Shown here: positions 13,087-26,028 of the stretch, piece after piece
Layout of the letters: every line of letters starts with the position of its first letter
How positions within the stretch are numbered: the first letter of the stretch is position 1
From: Laetmonice hystrix
Taxonomy: Eukaryota
Assembly: GCA_965235115.1 (NCBI GenBank)
Contig: OZ249436.1
Location: forward strand, 10,108,001-10,172,000
Length of the DNA: 64,000 nucleotides
Direction: 5' to 3'
Position numbers and translations under genes: made by a program
The notes under the pieces: generated by a model
What the model was told of the DNA's origin: nothing
Databases searched by the model: none
The model's input: only the letters and a program-made list of their open reading frames with translations

Positions 13087-14982
13087 TCAATCCTCAGACA
13101 GCTGATTCCTAAAATAAAGTTCACTACACACAGCTAGGAAAGAAAATACTTTTCTTTTAAGAAACAGCAAACCCTTTATACTATACAGAGAAATTAAGAC
13201 TGTATTTTATTATGAACTATGGTTACCTAAATAAAAATAGTAGTTTGTTAACAACTGTGGCTAAAACTTTTTTCGTGTGGCCAGTTTTTTTCCTCAGTTA
13301 TTAGCCATTGTGGCTCAGACCCAAAATTCACTAGCGAATACTCCCTGTAATGAATATAGTTGCAGTCGCAATGGTTGCTACCACAGGCTCCAAATTAATC
13401 GGCATCCCCATGTTGATGGGCGAACATTAGGCCTGGGTGGACTTGGACACGAATGATTTCAAAGGGTAATCTAGTGTAGGTTAGGCCTAACCCGTTATTC
13501 AGTCCCTGCGACCAATACGCTCAGACATTCGCATGAGAAATTCGCATGAATCGCTGTAGGGGATTTGCCATTCGCAAGAGAAATTCGCATGAATCGCTGT
13601 AGTGGATTTGCCATTCGCAAGAGAAATTCGCATGAATCGCTGTAGTGGATTTGCCATTCGCATGGGATTCGCATCAGTCGCAACATTCGCATGATCGCAT
13701 GCGTCGCATGAGAATTTCAATGCGAATGTCGTCGCCTTAGTGGATCTGGCCCATGTGTGGAGAGCCTAATACAAGCACACGCATGATAAGATGGGAAGAA
13801 CCTCACTATGGTAGGAATGTCACTATCCGGATTGCTCGGCAATGGAGCGTTAGAAGATCGACCGAGCTATAGGTTCTAATGGTAGAAGCATCAGATAGAA
13901 TCTCGCTCTCGATGGCTCTCTCACAATGAGAATAGGCGAGTGATACGGACGGAATCATGCCTGGCCGCTTTATGAGAGGGACTGACTATAGAAACGTCCA
14001 TTAGGGATCATACATCCATTGTCATGATAGGATGTTTCAATCCCAATAAATCGAGATAAAGTTGGTTCTCTCGCCGAAATGTATTCCAGGACACAGAGAA
14101 CCAAATGTAATGTTTACGTATGCTATTTCATTATTACCATGCATGCATAACCTTGAGTTTCCTCAAAACAGCTGTATATATAAACACACATTACATATAA
14201 ATGACACACCTGCTTCCTTAATGCACACATTATGTACACACTCATACTGCATGCAGTTAATTTTTAAATCGAAGTGTTTGTTTTACATCGCAGTGGATAC
14301 AATGACATCGACTGAGTAGGCTCTTCCATCCCACATGTCATTTAGCTAGGTATCCCTATGGTTTTTGACTGGCAGTCAAATTGTATGGTTGGAAGAAGAT
14401 CTTTTAATTAGACATAGGAAGTGCACAGAAAACACATAGTCCTTATGGACTGTCAGGAATAAAGTGAAACCATTAGACACGTCTGGAAAGTGGCGTAGTT
14501 GCTACCTTGTCACCTGACTTTAGCAACTTTCATAGTTTGCAGATACGAAGCTCCAACACGTGCAGCCCTATTTGCATGAGGTACGAGTATGGGGATAGAA
14601 ATTTTGATTAAAGCAAATCACGACTATTTAAAAGTAACAAAATCAACCGTACTTTGGATAGAGGCATCAGCGCCCCAGGAATCACCTGTGGAAGGCATAC
14701 CAACACTTTGCCGAGTTAAAAGTTGCCATATTATGCCAACATATTCAACTAGCTGGATCGCCCCTCAAGTCTCGCTGACTCTACGTCATCGATCACGTGA
14801 TGGGGATTTCTTCCCGGTTTGGCAATGCACAAAGTGGGGTGTCGCCCGATTAATTTCATTGGCTGTTCAAGTCCATGCATGCCAGATCAATTATTTTCTC
14901 CACAACCAGCCATAAGACGATCGCTTCATAGCGACAAGAGGCAACTGGACTGTTAAATTAAACAAAGAGCTGATTTAGGGAC

Positions 14983-15174
14983 CACTCAAACAAGAGTGAA
15001 ACTCACTCTAACCTTGGAGTGAGTTGATTCACTCTATTTTAGAGTGACACTCACTCTTTGATAGAGCTAGATTATTCACTCCAGAAAAGAGTAATTGTCA
15101 CTCGATTCTCACTCTGTATTATGAAAACAGTCACTCCAAGATAGAGTGAGATCTGTCACTCTAAGGAAGAGTGA
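14983..15174. mobile_element. Terminal fragment of a DNA transposon, possibly CACTA/CMC-like
   Basis: Starts CACTC; >10 cactct/agagtg motifs in alternating orientation; second end not found. Confidence 0.45.
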
Positions 15175-15369
15175 ACATGGTCGCCAAGGAGATAGAACGA
15201 AACGACCGATGTGAAAACGTTTAATAAGGCCTACTTCGGAATGGCAATACAGATTTCAAATGAAAACGCGAACACACGTTCCCGATAGTCTAAGGCCTTT
15301 ATCTAAACTAACAGCCCATGTTTTTATTTCGGAGACATTGAAATAAGAGATATTTGCGATTATCTTTAA

Positions 15370-15510
15370 AGGGATCCAATTGCATCAACTTTTACAATGA
15401 TCTACCTCATTATGTGTCGATTTACTTCTAATAGCAAAACTGGACGAACAAACGTACAATTCTTCGCTTGGAGGGTGAAAAATGAGATCGAGTTTTACGC
15501 CGGTTTGTTG
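15370..15510 (-). mobile_element. Partial Kolobok-like element, inverted relative of 20045-20472
   Basis: TTAA|AGGGATCCAATTGCATCAACTTT...; reverse-complement match to 20305-20472. Confidence 0.75.
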
Positions 15511-16209
15511 ACATTCCTACCCGCCAGCACCAGAGTTCGACTAAAGACCAAACCCGACCGAAACTGACCAAAACCGAAAGAAACTGACTGTCTTAATCAT
15601 GGTCATCTGGAGGTTGGTGTCGGTATATGCAAAGGTCAGGCAGTTGGATCTCTTTATGGCATAAAATCAATGGCGGCTTCGGTCACCCGACCCTTCCTCC
15701 AAAATGACTATTTCTTCACACTTCGCAGGCTCGTACACTGGAGACTACGACCCTGCTGGTTAGCAACTGTGGGAACACAGATCATGTTCCAAAAATGCAC
15801 TGGCGCAATTGTATCTACATACGCCGGCTAAAGGGCTTACCGGAGAGATAGAAATGCAGTGAATAGGTTAAAAAATAGTCCAGTAAAGTAATTGGACTTG
15901 AACTGTTTCAAGTCAAATGAGATACATTTAAATCTTTAAAAAATTAAATGAAGTGATCTGCTCGCACGTGTCCATCTTAATACTGACACTAGTCGCGGGC
16001 TATCCCACAATACCCAACCAGAAGAGGTTAGTTACAGCAAAAACGACTTCTGTCAGAATATTTCTTTAGTACTTAATTGGAGAGAAGTTTCCATATAGAT
16101 TTCCAGTAATAGAAAAAACATTAGACCAGATATCCTCCTTATGGATCAGAGGGAAGAATAATCCTCAGCTCAATCCCAAGCTGTTCGTAAACTGCGACAA
16201 ATGGGGCGA

Positions 16210-16470
16210 GGCCTATCGTGAGGAAGTGGTCGAGTGTCGGATTACAGATTTATTTGCGTGTCACAGGTTGTTTTGGGTCCGTCCAGTACCTCCGCCACTG
16301 GGTCGTCACGGCCGTTCGGATGTTCAGCCATGTCCATGTGACTAGGAATATAAAAGAGCCTTTGCCATTTTACTAAAAGAGTAGGAAATTACCTCCCTGT
16401 GGCCTCGGGTTGATATCGCCCTGAATATGGCTTAAATATTGCCGACAGGGCGACAACCCCCCCCCATTCA
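16210..16470 (+). mobile_element. SINE, probably tRNA-derived, MetaSINE-like core
   Basis: Degenerate Pol III-like head; core tataaaagagcctttgcc..aaaagagtagg recurs inverted at 32519-32590; Meta-core similarity is from memory. Confidence 0.55.
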
Positions 16471-19339
16471 CTCAATTTACCAACAGACCACATAATATTG
16501 GCATATGAACTGTAAATACCTAATTGGAAAAACGTAAACAAATCCAGACGACCATCTTCAAAAACCGATGGTTCATTTGATCGGAATTTTGGAGGTATTT
16601 ATTTCTAAATTCATCATCAAAAAATAATTTGTACTAAAAGAACCCGAGTAACTGAAATTCATCTATCAACCAAACTTTTCTCAACATCACGAACAAGATC
16701 AACGATAAAACTCCCTCTCCTTGTCTAGTACTAATATAATATTCCTTTTGGATGGGAATTTGGTTAAACTGCTTTTAAAATTATTATGTTTTGAAAACTG
16801 AAAGTTTTGAAATATGAGTTTTGTTGGTCGTTATCTTCTCTATCATTTTTAATTTACCGGGGGCCACGTAACTAATCCCGTTTGTCTTTTCAATCAATGG
16901 TAGAAGTTTGTCATCGTTCACGCCTGTCGAAACAAATAATAAATTGGGCATTTTCTAACAATGTTTGAATTCACTTTACCATTTCAAACCTTTCCGTATT
17001 TAATGAGAGCGTAAACTCAACGTTTTCCCGTGAAAGATTACAAATTCTCAGGCGTGGAAAATGAAAAAAACAGCATGGAAGGAAGAGGCGCTGTAAAAGG
17101 GTCACTAATACAACCTTTATCCTGATCACTGCCATCTCATCAGTATTAACCAATAATTCGGGCTGAGTAACAATAGGTATTGATTGCAAGTTTGGCAAAG
17201 CTTTTGATAAGATTAATGGCCTATTTAAATATCTAAACCGAATGAGATTGGTACTTGGGGATTACTTTAGACGGTAACAACATTACTTTGACGGTGAAAA
17301 AACCTGCAGGGTTGTTATTAACGAGCTTGTGTCTGGTGCTCTTGACAATTCGTCCTCACCTCCACGTGTCTAGGCGCTCATCGCTGATGTTCATCACCTC
17401 TACAAACTTAATTTATGATCTAATATCTGGCGGCTGATACATTTCCCTGCTTTCACCATGACTTTGGTAAAGATAATCCGTGCAGCTTAGAAGGTATTGG
17501 ATTTAAAAGATAAGATAAAGCGATCAACCCGTATTTCGATTTATTAGCGTTATTCTTTTTTTAAAGAATAATACCTCAAGAAGTCTACTTTACTGTAATT
17601 AATATTTTGCGTCTATATATTTAGAATCGCAAGGAAAATCTGTGTCATGTAGGATCATATTTAATCGTCGATGAACCAGAATCTTTATTTTTACACGGTA
17701 TTTGATTTGAAACAAATTCATGAAGGAAGAAAAGAAACATTCACATATGGCCCCTTCCAATATTTGTAACAATTTTTTGAAGTGTCTCTATTATGAAGAA
17801 CGATGCATATCAGGCAGACCGGAAGGAGAAATCAACTAGTGGGTCATGACCTTGAGAACATAAACGGGAAGCTGGCGGAAAGGAAAGGACATTTCCTGTC
17901 TTACTAAAATGAGCCTTTATGAATAGACTTGCCGGGAAAGCTGTATGTTTCAATTTATACTTTCCAATGCTCTGCAAGTCGAAGACATACAGAAGTATGT
18001 GGGTTCTCCATAAAAAGGGGAAACTGTGCGAACATGGCGTGTTTCATCAAGATTCTGGGATGCGTATTGTTAATTTGGTGAAAGACAAAACTGGATAAAA
18101 GGCACAAACCCAAGAAATCTGTACACGGTATCGGAACCTCACAGCTTGCATCAAACGTCGACCTTGTATCTCGCAATCTCACGCACTGCGATTTCAATAA
18201 TTAGTTTTGGCGACAGTTGATGCCAAAGGAACTTCAATCTTACCAAACTTAAGTAACATCTATAAATGGAACACCTAGATTACAAAGCCTCGGATCCTTG
18301 TCTACGTTCATTCTGAATTCCTAGAAACACTCCGCTCCGGTCAACAGTGCATATTTCAATATTTGTATTTTTGTATTTAGGCCTACGCCTCTCACCACCC
18401 AAAACTGCCAGACATCACATTGAAAGCTTTTACGGTAACCTGATCGTTACCATGCCGACTAGAGCTTTCCTGTACCTCGGCAAAGCCCAGAGGATAAAAC
18501 AGAACGTAGTCTTTTAGATAAAAACAATCCGAGTTGTTAGTGGGAAGGCTTGCTGTTTTAGTAAGTCCCTCCTAATCTTGCGTATCCGTACACTGCATAT
18601 ATAATGACCTTGATGTATACGCAAGACTACTGCCAAACTGTAGTCCAGTTCTTTATACCATCTTCACAACTTCCGCGTAATGCTGGTTTGTAAATCATGC
18701 ACAATTTATTCCCCTCAAATTAAGAAACCAAGAGAAAGTTAGTGGCAGCCTCGCAGTATTACAAATGTGTTGTAAGTGGGGGAGAAGTCTGGCCGTAAAA
18801 ACAAGCCAAATATTAAGGTCATTGCCTGAAGATTGAATTATCCTTTGCTGTTGGCCCCACGATAAAAATAACATAATCTGGTATGACTTTGAATTTCATG
18901 CTTTATTTTATTACACTTTAGACAACCAGAGGCCGACAATTACAACAAGAATTTTATTTTATTTTACGGATACGCCGGCGTGAAAAATCTGGTTAGATTA
19001 TTAAAATTATACTGCTTAATGTCAGAGCTGTCAAAGGCGTTCTAGTTATTTTAACCTTTATGAATTTAAAGGGCCCAAGGGGTCTATTTATTCTTGCCGC
19101 TTTGCCTTGCGTGTGATGCTATATGAAATAATGTGATTTCATAATTTTACAGCTTCATACGTGTAGTTTTCAATAAACATCGCAATGCATCCTGTTCTGT
19201 GCCGTTGTGGTTATAGAGTTAATTAGCAGCCCATACTATAAACACTGGCTGTCTCCTGAGTCCATCATTATCTTTGGCTTCTCCGGCCTCCATTCATTAT
19301 AACCAATTAGCAACCATGAAATATCCGCAGTTCTCAGGT

Positions 19340-19665
19340 GAGCAGATTGGTGCCCACTTGGCGCGGAGCACGGGCAGAGGCGACGGGCACAGGGCGTATG
19401 CCGTGCCATCTGTTTCAAAACTCACGACGCGCGTCGTCTCACTCAAGACGCCCGTCGGGAAGCCCAGATAGCGCGCGCTATTTCGTGAGATGTACGGTGG
19501 CCCAAAACTACAAAGTGTGCTGCACAGTACCAAAATGCATTGCTGCACGGCAAGCTGATGTACTCCACCCGTGTTTTGAAAGAGATGGCACGGCGACCGT
19601 CCATCTTGACAGCGCCTGAGGTAACGAACGTCCAAACCCGGGCAGAGGTGGGGCACCCGCACGTG
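19340..19665. mobile_element. Fold-back MITE-like element
   Basis: Inverted pairs gccgtgccatctgtttcaaaac / gttttgaaagagatggcacggc and ggtgcccac / gtggggcacc. Confidence 0.5.
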
Positions 19666-20044
19666 TGGGGACCTCACGGCGGGGTCGGGTAGGCGAGAGG
19701 TGGTGAAAGTGGAGGTGGTGCAGAGACACCAGTCCTGGCGAGTGTTGGTCCTCAGGGAGTATAGATCTAGGCCGATTTCGTTTCCAGATGATATCTAATG
19801 CAAATAAAGAACATAACACCTCCTATCACACAGATCATTCGTTCCATTAATTATTTCCACGGCAAGACAGAAATAGATGCACCCATTAATATATATGTGT
19901 AGGCCTAGACCTATAGACCTAAATGTAGGCCTAATATAGGCCTACATAGACTTTGTCTTACTTTAGTAACCGAATTAAACAAAAAGACCATAGCCACAAC
20001 AAAGTAGGCCTAATTATCGTCTGGCAACGAGTGTTAAACATTAA

Positions 20045-20472
20045 AGGGATCCATTTTTGCATTATGTTTTAAAGAAAACTACAACTATTTCCGACATACC
20101 AACTTGCATGTTTGCAAATTCATCGCAGACCGGACGTAAATCATGTCTGGTAGAATATCGCCTTGTTGTCGTCTTGGCCTAGGCCTACATGAAAACCGGT
20201 TTCATCAATTTAATTTTGACCAAAAGATCTGGACCGAAAGGTCTTCAGTTGGATACTGAGAAGCCGGGAAATAGCCTTTTAGGAGGAAAGGGTTGGGCGA
20301 GATGCAAGCCGGGGTGAAACTCGATCTCATTTCTCACCATCCAAGCGGCTCTTCCAGTTTTGCTATTGTTAGAAGTAAATCGACCCTTAATGAGGCAGAT
20401 CGTTGTAATATGATATATTTCTGTGCAGACAGGACAGTTTATCTCTGGAAAAGTTGATGCAATTGGATCCCT
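20045..20472 (+). mobile_element. Kolobok-like MITE
   Basis: TTAA|AGGGATCCA...TGGATCCCT|TTAA. Confidence 0.85.
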
Positions 20473-20559
20473 TTAAACAGCATGTGGAACTGCCTGTGTT
20501 TGCATTGAGTGCCGCCGGGCGGTGAAACTTACTGTAATACCGCTATGATGACCGACACT

Positions 20560-20577
20560 GAGAGAGGGAGAGAGAGA

Positions 20578-20647
<70 letters not shown>

Positions 20648-20680
20648 AGGGGGGAGAGAAGGAGAGAGAGCGCGCGAGGA

Positions 20681-20777
<97 letters not shown>
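20560..20777. repeat. (GA)n microsatellite
   Basis: Directly visible. Confidence 0.98.
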
Positions 20778-22495
20778 TGCACGAAGAGGGGTCAGCTGAG
20801 TGGAAGGTTGGAGGTTATCTCTCAACATAGATAACTGCCCAGATCACCATGAGATCAACATGAGACGGAGGTCTGTACTGGGACTGTTAGACTGAATGAT
20901 TGATTTTTCAATCAGTTCAGCTGTGTGCCATCTATCATTGGTGATAAAGCTTCCTTTGGGTCTAATTCACAAATGGACACATTGTAGATTCTATCTCAGC
21001 CGTTTGAAATAAACCCAGGATATCCTTTCTATCTGTTTGTGTTTATAATATAGTCCCGTAAGATAGATATGTGACATAGCTTCTGTCTGAGACACAAACA
21101 ATTTAACACAAATTTCATGTCATGAAAATTCCTTTCATCAACTTAGAGAGTCACCATTGCATGCGAGACATCGAAGAGTCCATTAATCAGGGAGCGATTC
21201 TGGTGTTCAGGTTGGGATGAGGTTTCTGAGTCACACTTTGGCATGAAAACATGGCGCGGATCCATATTGATTGGACTTGCAGGAATTATGTGATACCCTC
21301 ACGGCTGAAAGGCCAGGGTGTACCTGTCGTAGGGCCATGATGCATAGGTGCATGACGAGACCGTGACCCTGACCCTGGGGGTCAACGGTTGGTCTGCTGG
21401 GGGTGACCGTGATCGATGGAACAGCTCTCACCCTCTGTCTGGGAATACGCTCCGTCACCGCACGTCCCTGGTCCATGTGACAGCTGACAAGGCATGATCT
21501 GAGCCGGACCAACTGTGCGGGGATAGAGTAGGACCACGGAGTGCTATTGTACACCACAGTCAGAGCGGGGGGAGTCGTTTGTCTTGGTCTGACCAGAATG
21601 TGAATAACATACTCTCTGCCGTGAATGAATACCTGTTGATGAGGGAGATTTGGTTACATGGTGGAGTAGCGATCCTCTGGTTTGTAACCGTGAGACCGAA
21701 ACCAAATAAAGCACTGAAGAACTACTGCGGTGTAGGCCTACATGTATGTATAATTGTATATTATATGATCTCAGGTACATACAAACGTTGGCTCAAACAC
21801 GTTGTGTTAGAGCCTATGTATTATATTTTACCGCGTGAAGAATGCAATATTCCCTCTCTAGGGGGTAGTGGGTTTATCCCCTCACCAGTCTCTCGTGGTC
21901 ATCCCATATTTCAACAGTACCCCGACCTCCCGACGACATGACATTATAATCTCCCTACAAGCCACACGAGGGCATCACGTCAAGAAGCCGCACTAATATG
22001 AATATTTATAATTGTTTTAACAAAATAAAACGTTCCGACGCTTCAACTTAACGAATATTCTGCCGTCTAGACAGACCATTACATCGAAATGTGTCTGAAA
22101 ATATTCTGCTGCGTTGTCCATTCCTTTTCTGGTTAGATATCTTGCGCTGCATAGTGTTTTATAGGGCTATTAGGCATCTCGGCTGCTATGGATAGAGATC
22201 ATAATAGTACAGCAGTCACACTCCGTAACAATGGTATCAGCGAGCCCAGTCTGTGCTCTCAGATCCCCCTTGTTATTATAAAACGATCCAAAGACAGGTT
22301 AACAGCAAGAGAACATGGCAATTCTTCACTGTCTAATCGCAAGCGACTCCCTTACGAACTTATTATAAAGGCCATGGCCCCTCCCCCAAAGATAATGATG
22401 TAGCTATATGCTGGTCTATACCAAAAGTCTCGATAACTTAAAAGGGCAAAGCTTTTTCCTTCATTACAATGTTAGAAAATTATTAGAAAATCTAA

Positions 22496-23092
22496 CTTGT
22501 TATCGTATACCACTGGGATGCCTATACTTTGTTATCGTATACACTGGAATATCTACTTTGTTATCGTATACACTGGAATATCTACTTTGTTATCGTATAC
22601 ACTGGAATGCCTACTTTGTTATCGTATACACTGAAATATCTACTTTGTTATCGTATACACTGGAATGCCTACTTTGTTATCGTATACACTGGAAGGCCTA
22701 CTTTGTTATCGTATACACTGGAATGCCTACTTTGTTATCGTATACACTGGAATATCTACTTTGTTATCGTATACACTGGAATGCCTACTTTGTTATCGTA
22801 TACACTGGAATGCCTATACTTTGTTATCGTATACACTGGAATATCTACTTTGTTATCGTATACACTGGAATGCCTACTTTGTTATCGTATACACTGGAAT
22901 GCCTACTTTGTTATCGTACACACTGGAATGCCTACTTTGTTATCGTATACACTGGAATGCCTACTTTGTTATCGTATACACTGGAATGCCTACTTTGTTA
23001 TCGTACACACTGGAATACCTACTTTGTTATCGTACACACTGGAATATCTACTTTGTTATCGTACACACTGGAATGCCTACTTTGTTATCGTA
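22496..23092. repeat. 29-bp minisatellite, ~20 copies
   Basis: Unit ttgttatcgtatacactggaatgcctact with atat/atgc variants. Confidence 0.97.
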
Positions 23093-23860
23093 TGCCTCCA
23101 GTAATTGCTCCAGTAGTCCAGCCGCTCTAAGCAAAGTTTTCTATCGCCCGAATCTATTTATGTCAGCATACATTAAGATGGAACGGTTTAACGTCACTGA
23201 AACGTATCGTAACACGTACTTCCGTAAAGGACGCCGCCCACGCATACCTATTATAATCCGGTAGGAGGTTTATATTTCAGCACCTCTTGTTACCCACCAT
23301 AATGTTTTATAATAGACTCTGATTAATCATTATGAAGTCTTGCAATCACTTCTACAAAACGAAGTAAGTAATAAGTAGTAAGCTAGTCCGAGATTTTGTC
23401 ACATATTCTAAATATCACCCGCAAATTTCTATAATGCCTTTGAGAGACACACTGACGTTTGACCTTTGTAAGACGTATTGCTTGTCAAAATGCGACAATT
23501 ACGACACATAATATTGTCATATTATAGATACTTAAATGTGGTCTAAAGCTAAATGACAATCGATGTCGATTGACTACCATGGCTCCTTTGGGTCTACCAT
23601 TCAATGGCGGATAGATTTTCCAGCCGAACACTAAGTCATGAGGCGCCAGGGGAAGGAAGTGTAATGGATGTGTTTGGGCGCCAAGATGACCACCTCCTAA
23701 ATTACCTAGATCTACTCATTCGAGCTCGAATCGTCTTGCAGCATACAGCCGAATGGGTGATAAATTCGGCAGCGCCCTCGCCGACTCTAGTCGATTCTAG
23801 CTCTGTTCTTCGTTCATAATATGGACCGAGAAGAATGGGTGAGCTATTTGTCACCGGAGC

Positions 23861-26028
23861 CTTCCATACACAACTTATTGAGATGTTTCCAACTCAACAA
23901 ACACTGACCCTAATCCTTACTTCCATATACTACTTATTGAGATGTTTCCACCTCAATAAACACTGACCCTAATCCTTACTTCCATACACTACTTATTGAG
24001 ATGTTTCCACCTCAATAAACACTGACCCTAATCCTTACTTCCATATACTACTTATTGAGATGTTTCCACCGCAATAAATACTGACCCTAATCCTTACTTC
24101 CATATACTACTTATTGAGATGTTTCCACCTCAACAAACACTGACCCTAATCCTTACTTCCATACACTACTTATTGAGATGTTTCCACCTCAATAAACACT
24201 GACCCTAATCCTTACTCCCATACACTACTTATTGAGATGTTTCCACCTCAATAAATACTGACCCTAATCCTTACTTTCATATACTACTTATTGAGATGTT
24301 TCCACCTCAATAAATCCTGACCCTAATCCTTACTTCCATATACTACTTATTGAGATGTTTCCACCTCAATAAATCCTGACCCTAATCCTTACTTCCATAC
24401 ACTACTTATTGAGATGTTTCCACCTCAATAAACACTGACCCTAATCCTTACTCCCATACACTACTTATTGAGATGTTTCCACCTCAATAAATCCTGACCC
24501 TAATCATTACTTCCATATACTACTTATTGAGATGTTTCCACCTCAATAAATACTGACCCTAATCCTTACTTCCATACACTACTTATTGAGATGTTTCCAC
24601 CTCAATAAATACTGACCCTAATCCTTACTTCCATACACTACTTATTGAGATGTTTCCACCTCAACAAACACTGACCCTAATCCTTACTTCCATACACTAC
24701 TTATTGAGATGTTTCCACCTCAATAAATACTGACCCTAATCCTTACTTCCATACACAACTTATTGAGATGTGTCCACCTCAATAAACACTGACCCTAATC
24801 CTTACTTCCATATACTACTTATTGAGATGTTTCCACCTCAACAAACACTGACCCTAATTCTTACTTCCATACACTACTTATTGAGATGTTTCCACCTCAA
24901 TAAACACTGACCCTAATCCTTACTTCCATATACTACTTATTGAGATGTTTCCACCTCAATAAACACTGACCCTAATCCTTACTTCCATATACTACTTATT
25001 GAGATGTTTCCACCTCAATAAACACTGACCCTAATCCTTACTTCCATATACTACTTATTGAGATGTTTCCACCTCAATAAACACTGACCCTAATCCTTAC
25101 TTACATATACTACTTATTGAGATGTTTCCACCTCAATAAACACTGACCCTAATCCTTACTCCCATGCACTACTTATTGAGATGTTTCCACCTCAATAAAT
25201 ACTGACCCTAATCCTTACTCCCATACACTACTTATTGAGATGTTTCCACCTCAATAAATACTGACCCTAATCCTTACTTCCATACACTACTTATTGAGAT
25301 GTTTCCACCTCAATAAATACTGACCCTAATCCTTACTTCCATACACTACTTATTGAGATGTTTCCACCTCAACAAACACTGACCCTAATCCTTACTTCCA
25401 TACACTACTTATTGAGATGTTTCCACCTCAATAAATACTGACCCTAATCCTTACTTCCATACACAACTTATTGAGATGTGTCCACCTCAATAAACACTGA
25501 CCCTAATCCTTACTTCCATATACTACTTATTGAGATGTTTCCACCTCAACAAACACTGACCCTAATTCTTACTTCCATACACTACTTATTGAGATGTTTC
25601 CACCTCAATAAACACTGACCCTAATCCTTACTTCCATATACTACTTATTGAGATGTTTCCACCTCAATAAACACTGACCCTAATCCTTACTTCCATATAC
25701 TACTTATTGAGATGTTTCCACCTCAATAAACACTGACCCTAATCCTTACTTCCATATACTACTTATTGAGATGTTTCCACCTCAATAAACACTGACCCTA
25801 ATCCTTACTTACATATACTACTTATTGAGATGTTTCCACCTCAATAAACACTGACCCTAATCCTTACTCCCATGCACTACTTATTGAGATGTTTCCACCT
25901 CAATAAATACTGACCCTAATCCTTACTCCCATACACTACTTATTGAGATGTTTCCACCTCAATAAATACTGACCCTAATCCTTACTTCCATATACTACTT
26001 ATTGAGATGTTTCCACCTCAATAAATAC
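23861..26028. repeat. 59-bp tandem array, ~37 copies
   Basis: Unit cttccatatactacttattgagatgtttccacctcaataaacactgaccctaatcctta. Confidence 0.98.

Larger units (their letters stand above)
7845..13752. mobile_element. Non-autonomous PIF/Harbinger-like element (nest level 2)
   Basis: TIR gtgccagatccactaagacga / cgtcgccttagtggatctggccc; both arms are rich in ttcgca and tcgctgtagtggat motifs; 43-bp tandem units at 13527-13670. Confidence 0.8.
4990..13766. mobile_element. Outer non-autonomous PIF/Harbinger-like element (nest level 1), split by insertions
   Basis: Left end gccccctctccactaagccgat (partly duplicated at ~5148); right-end motif atcgccttagtggag at ~7719; last right end interrupted at 7844 and apparently resuming as gtggagagcc at 13757-13766. 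Confidence 0.6.

Noticed and set aside
20509..20828. ER/SL-rich ORFs (also at 48271-49312)
   Set aside because: (GA)n/(CT)n microsatellites
21231..21600. GC-rich exon-like block on the minus strand
   Set aside because: No recognisable protein and no convincing splice pair; a non-coding exon cannot be excluded
22408..23264. Three overlapping 191-240-aa ORFs
   Set aside because: Translations of the 29-bp minisatellite
23861..26028. CRISPR-like array of palindromic repeats
   Set aside because: Units are contiguous with no unique spacers, no cas genes, eukaryotic context
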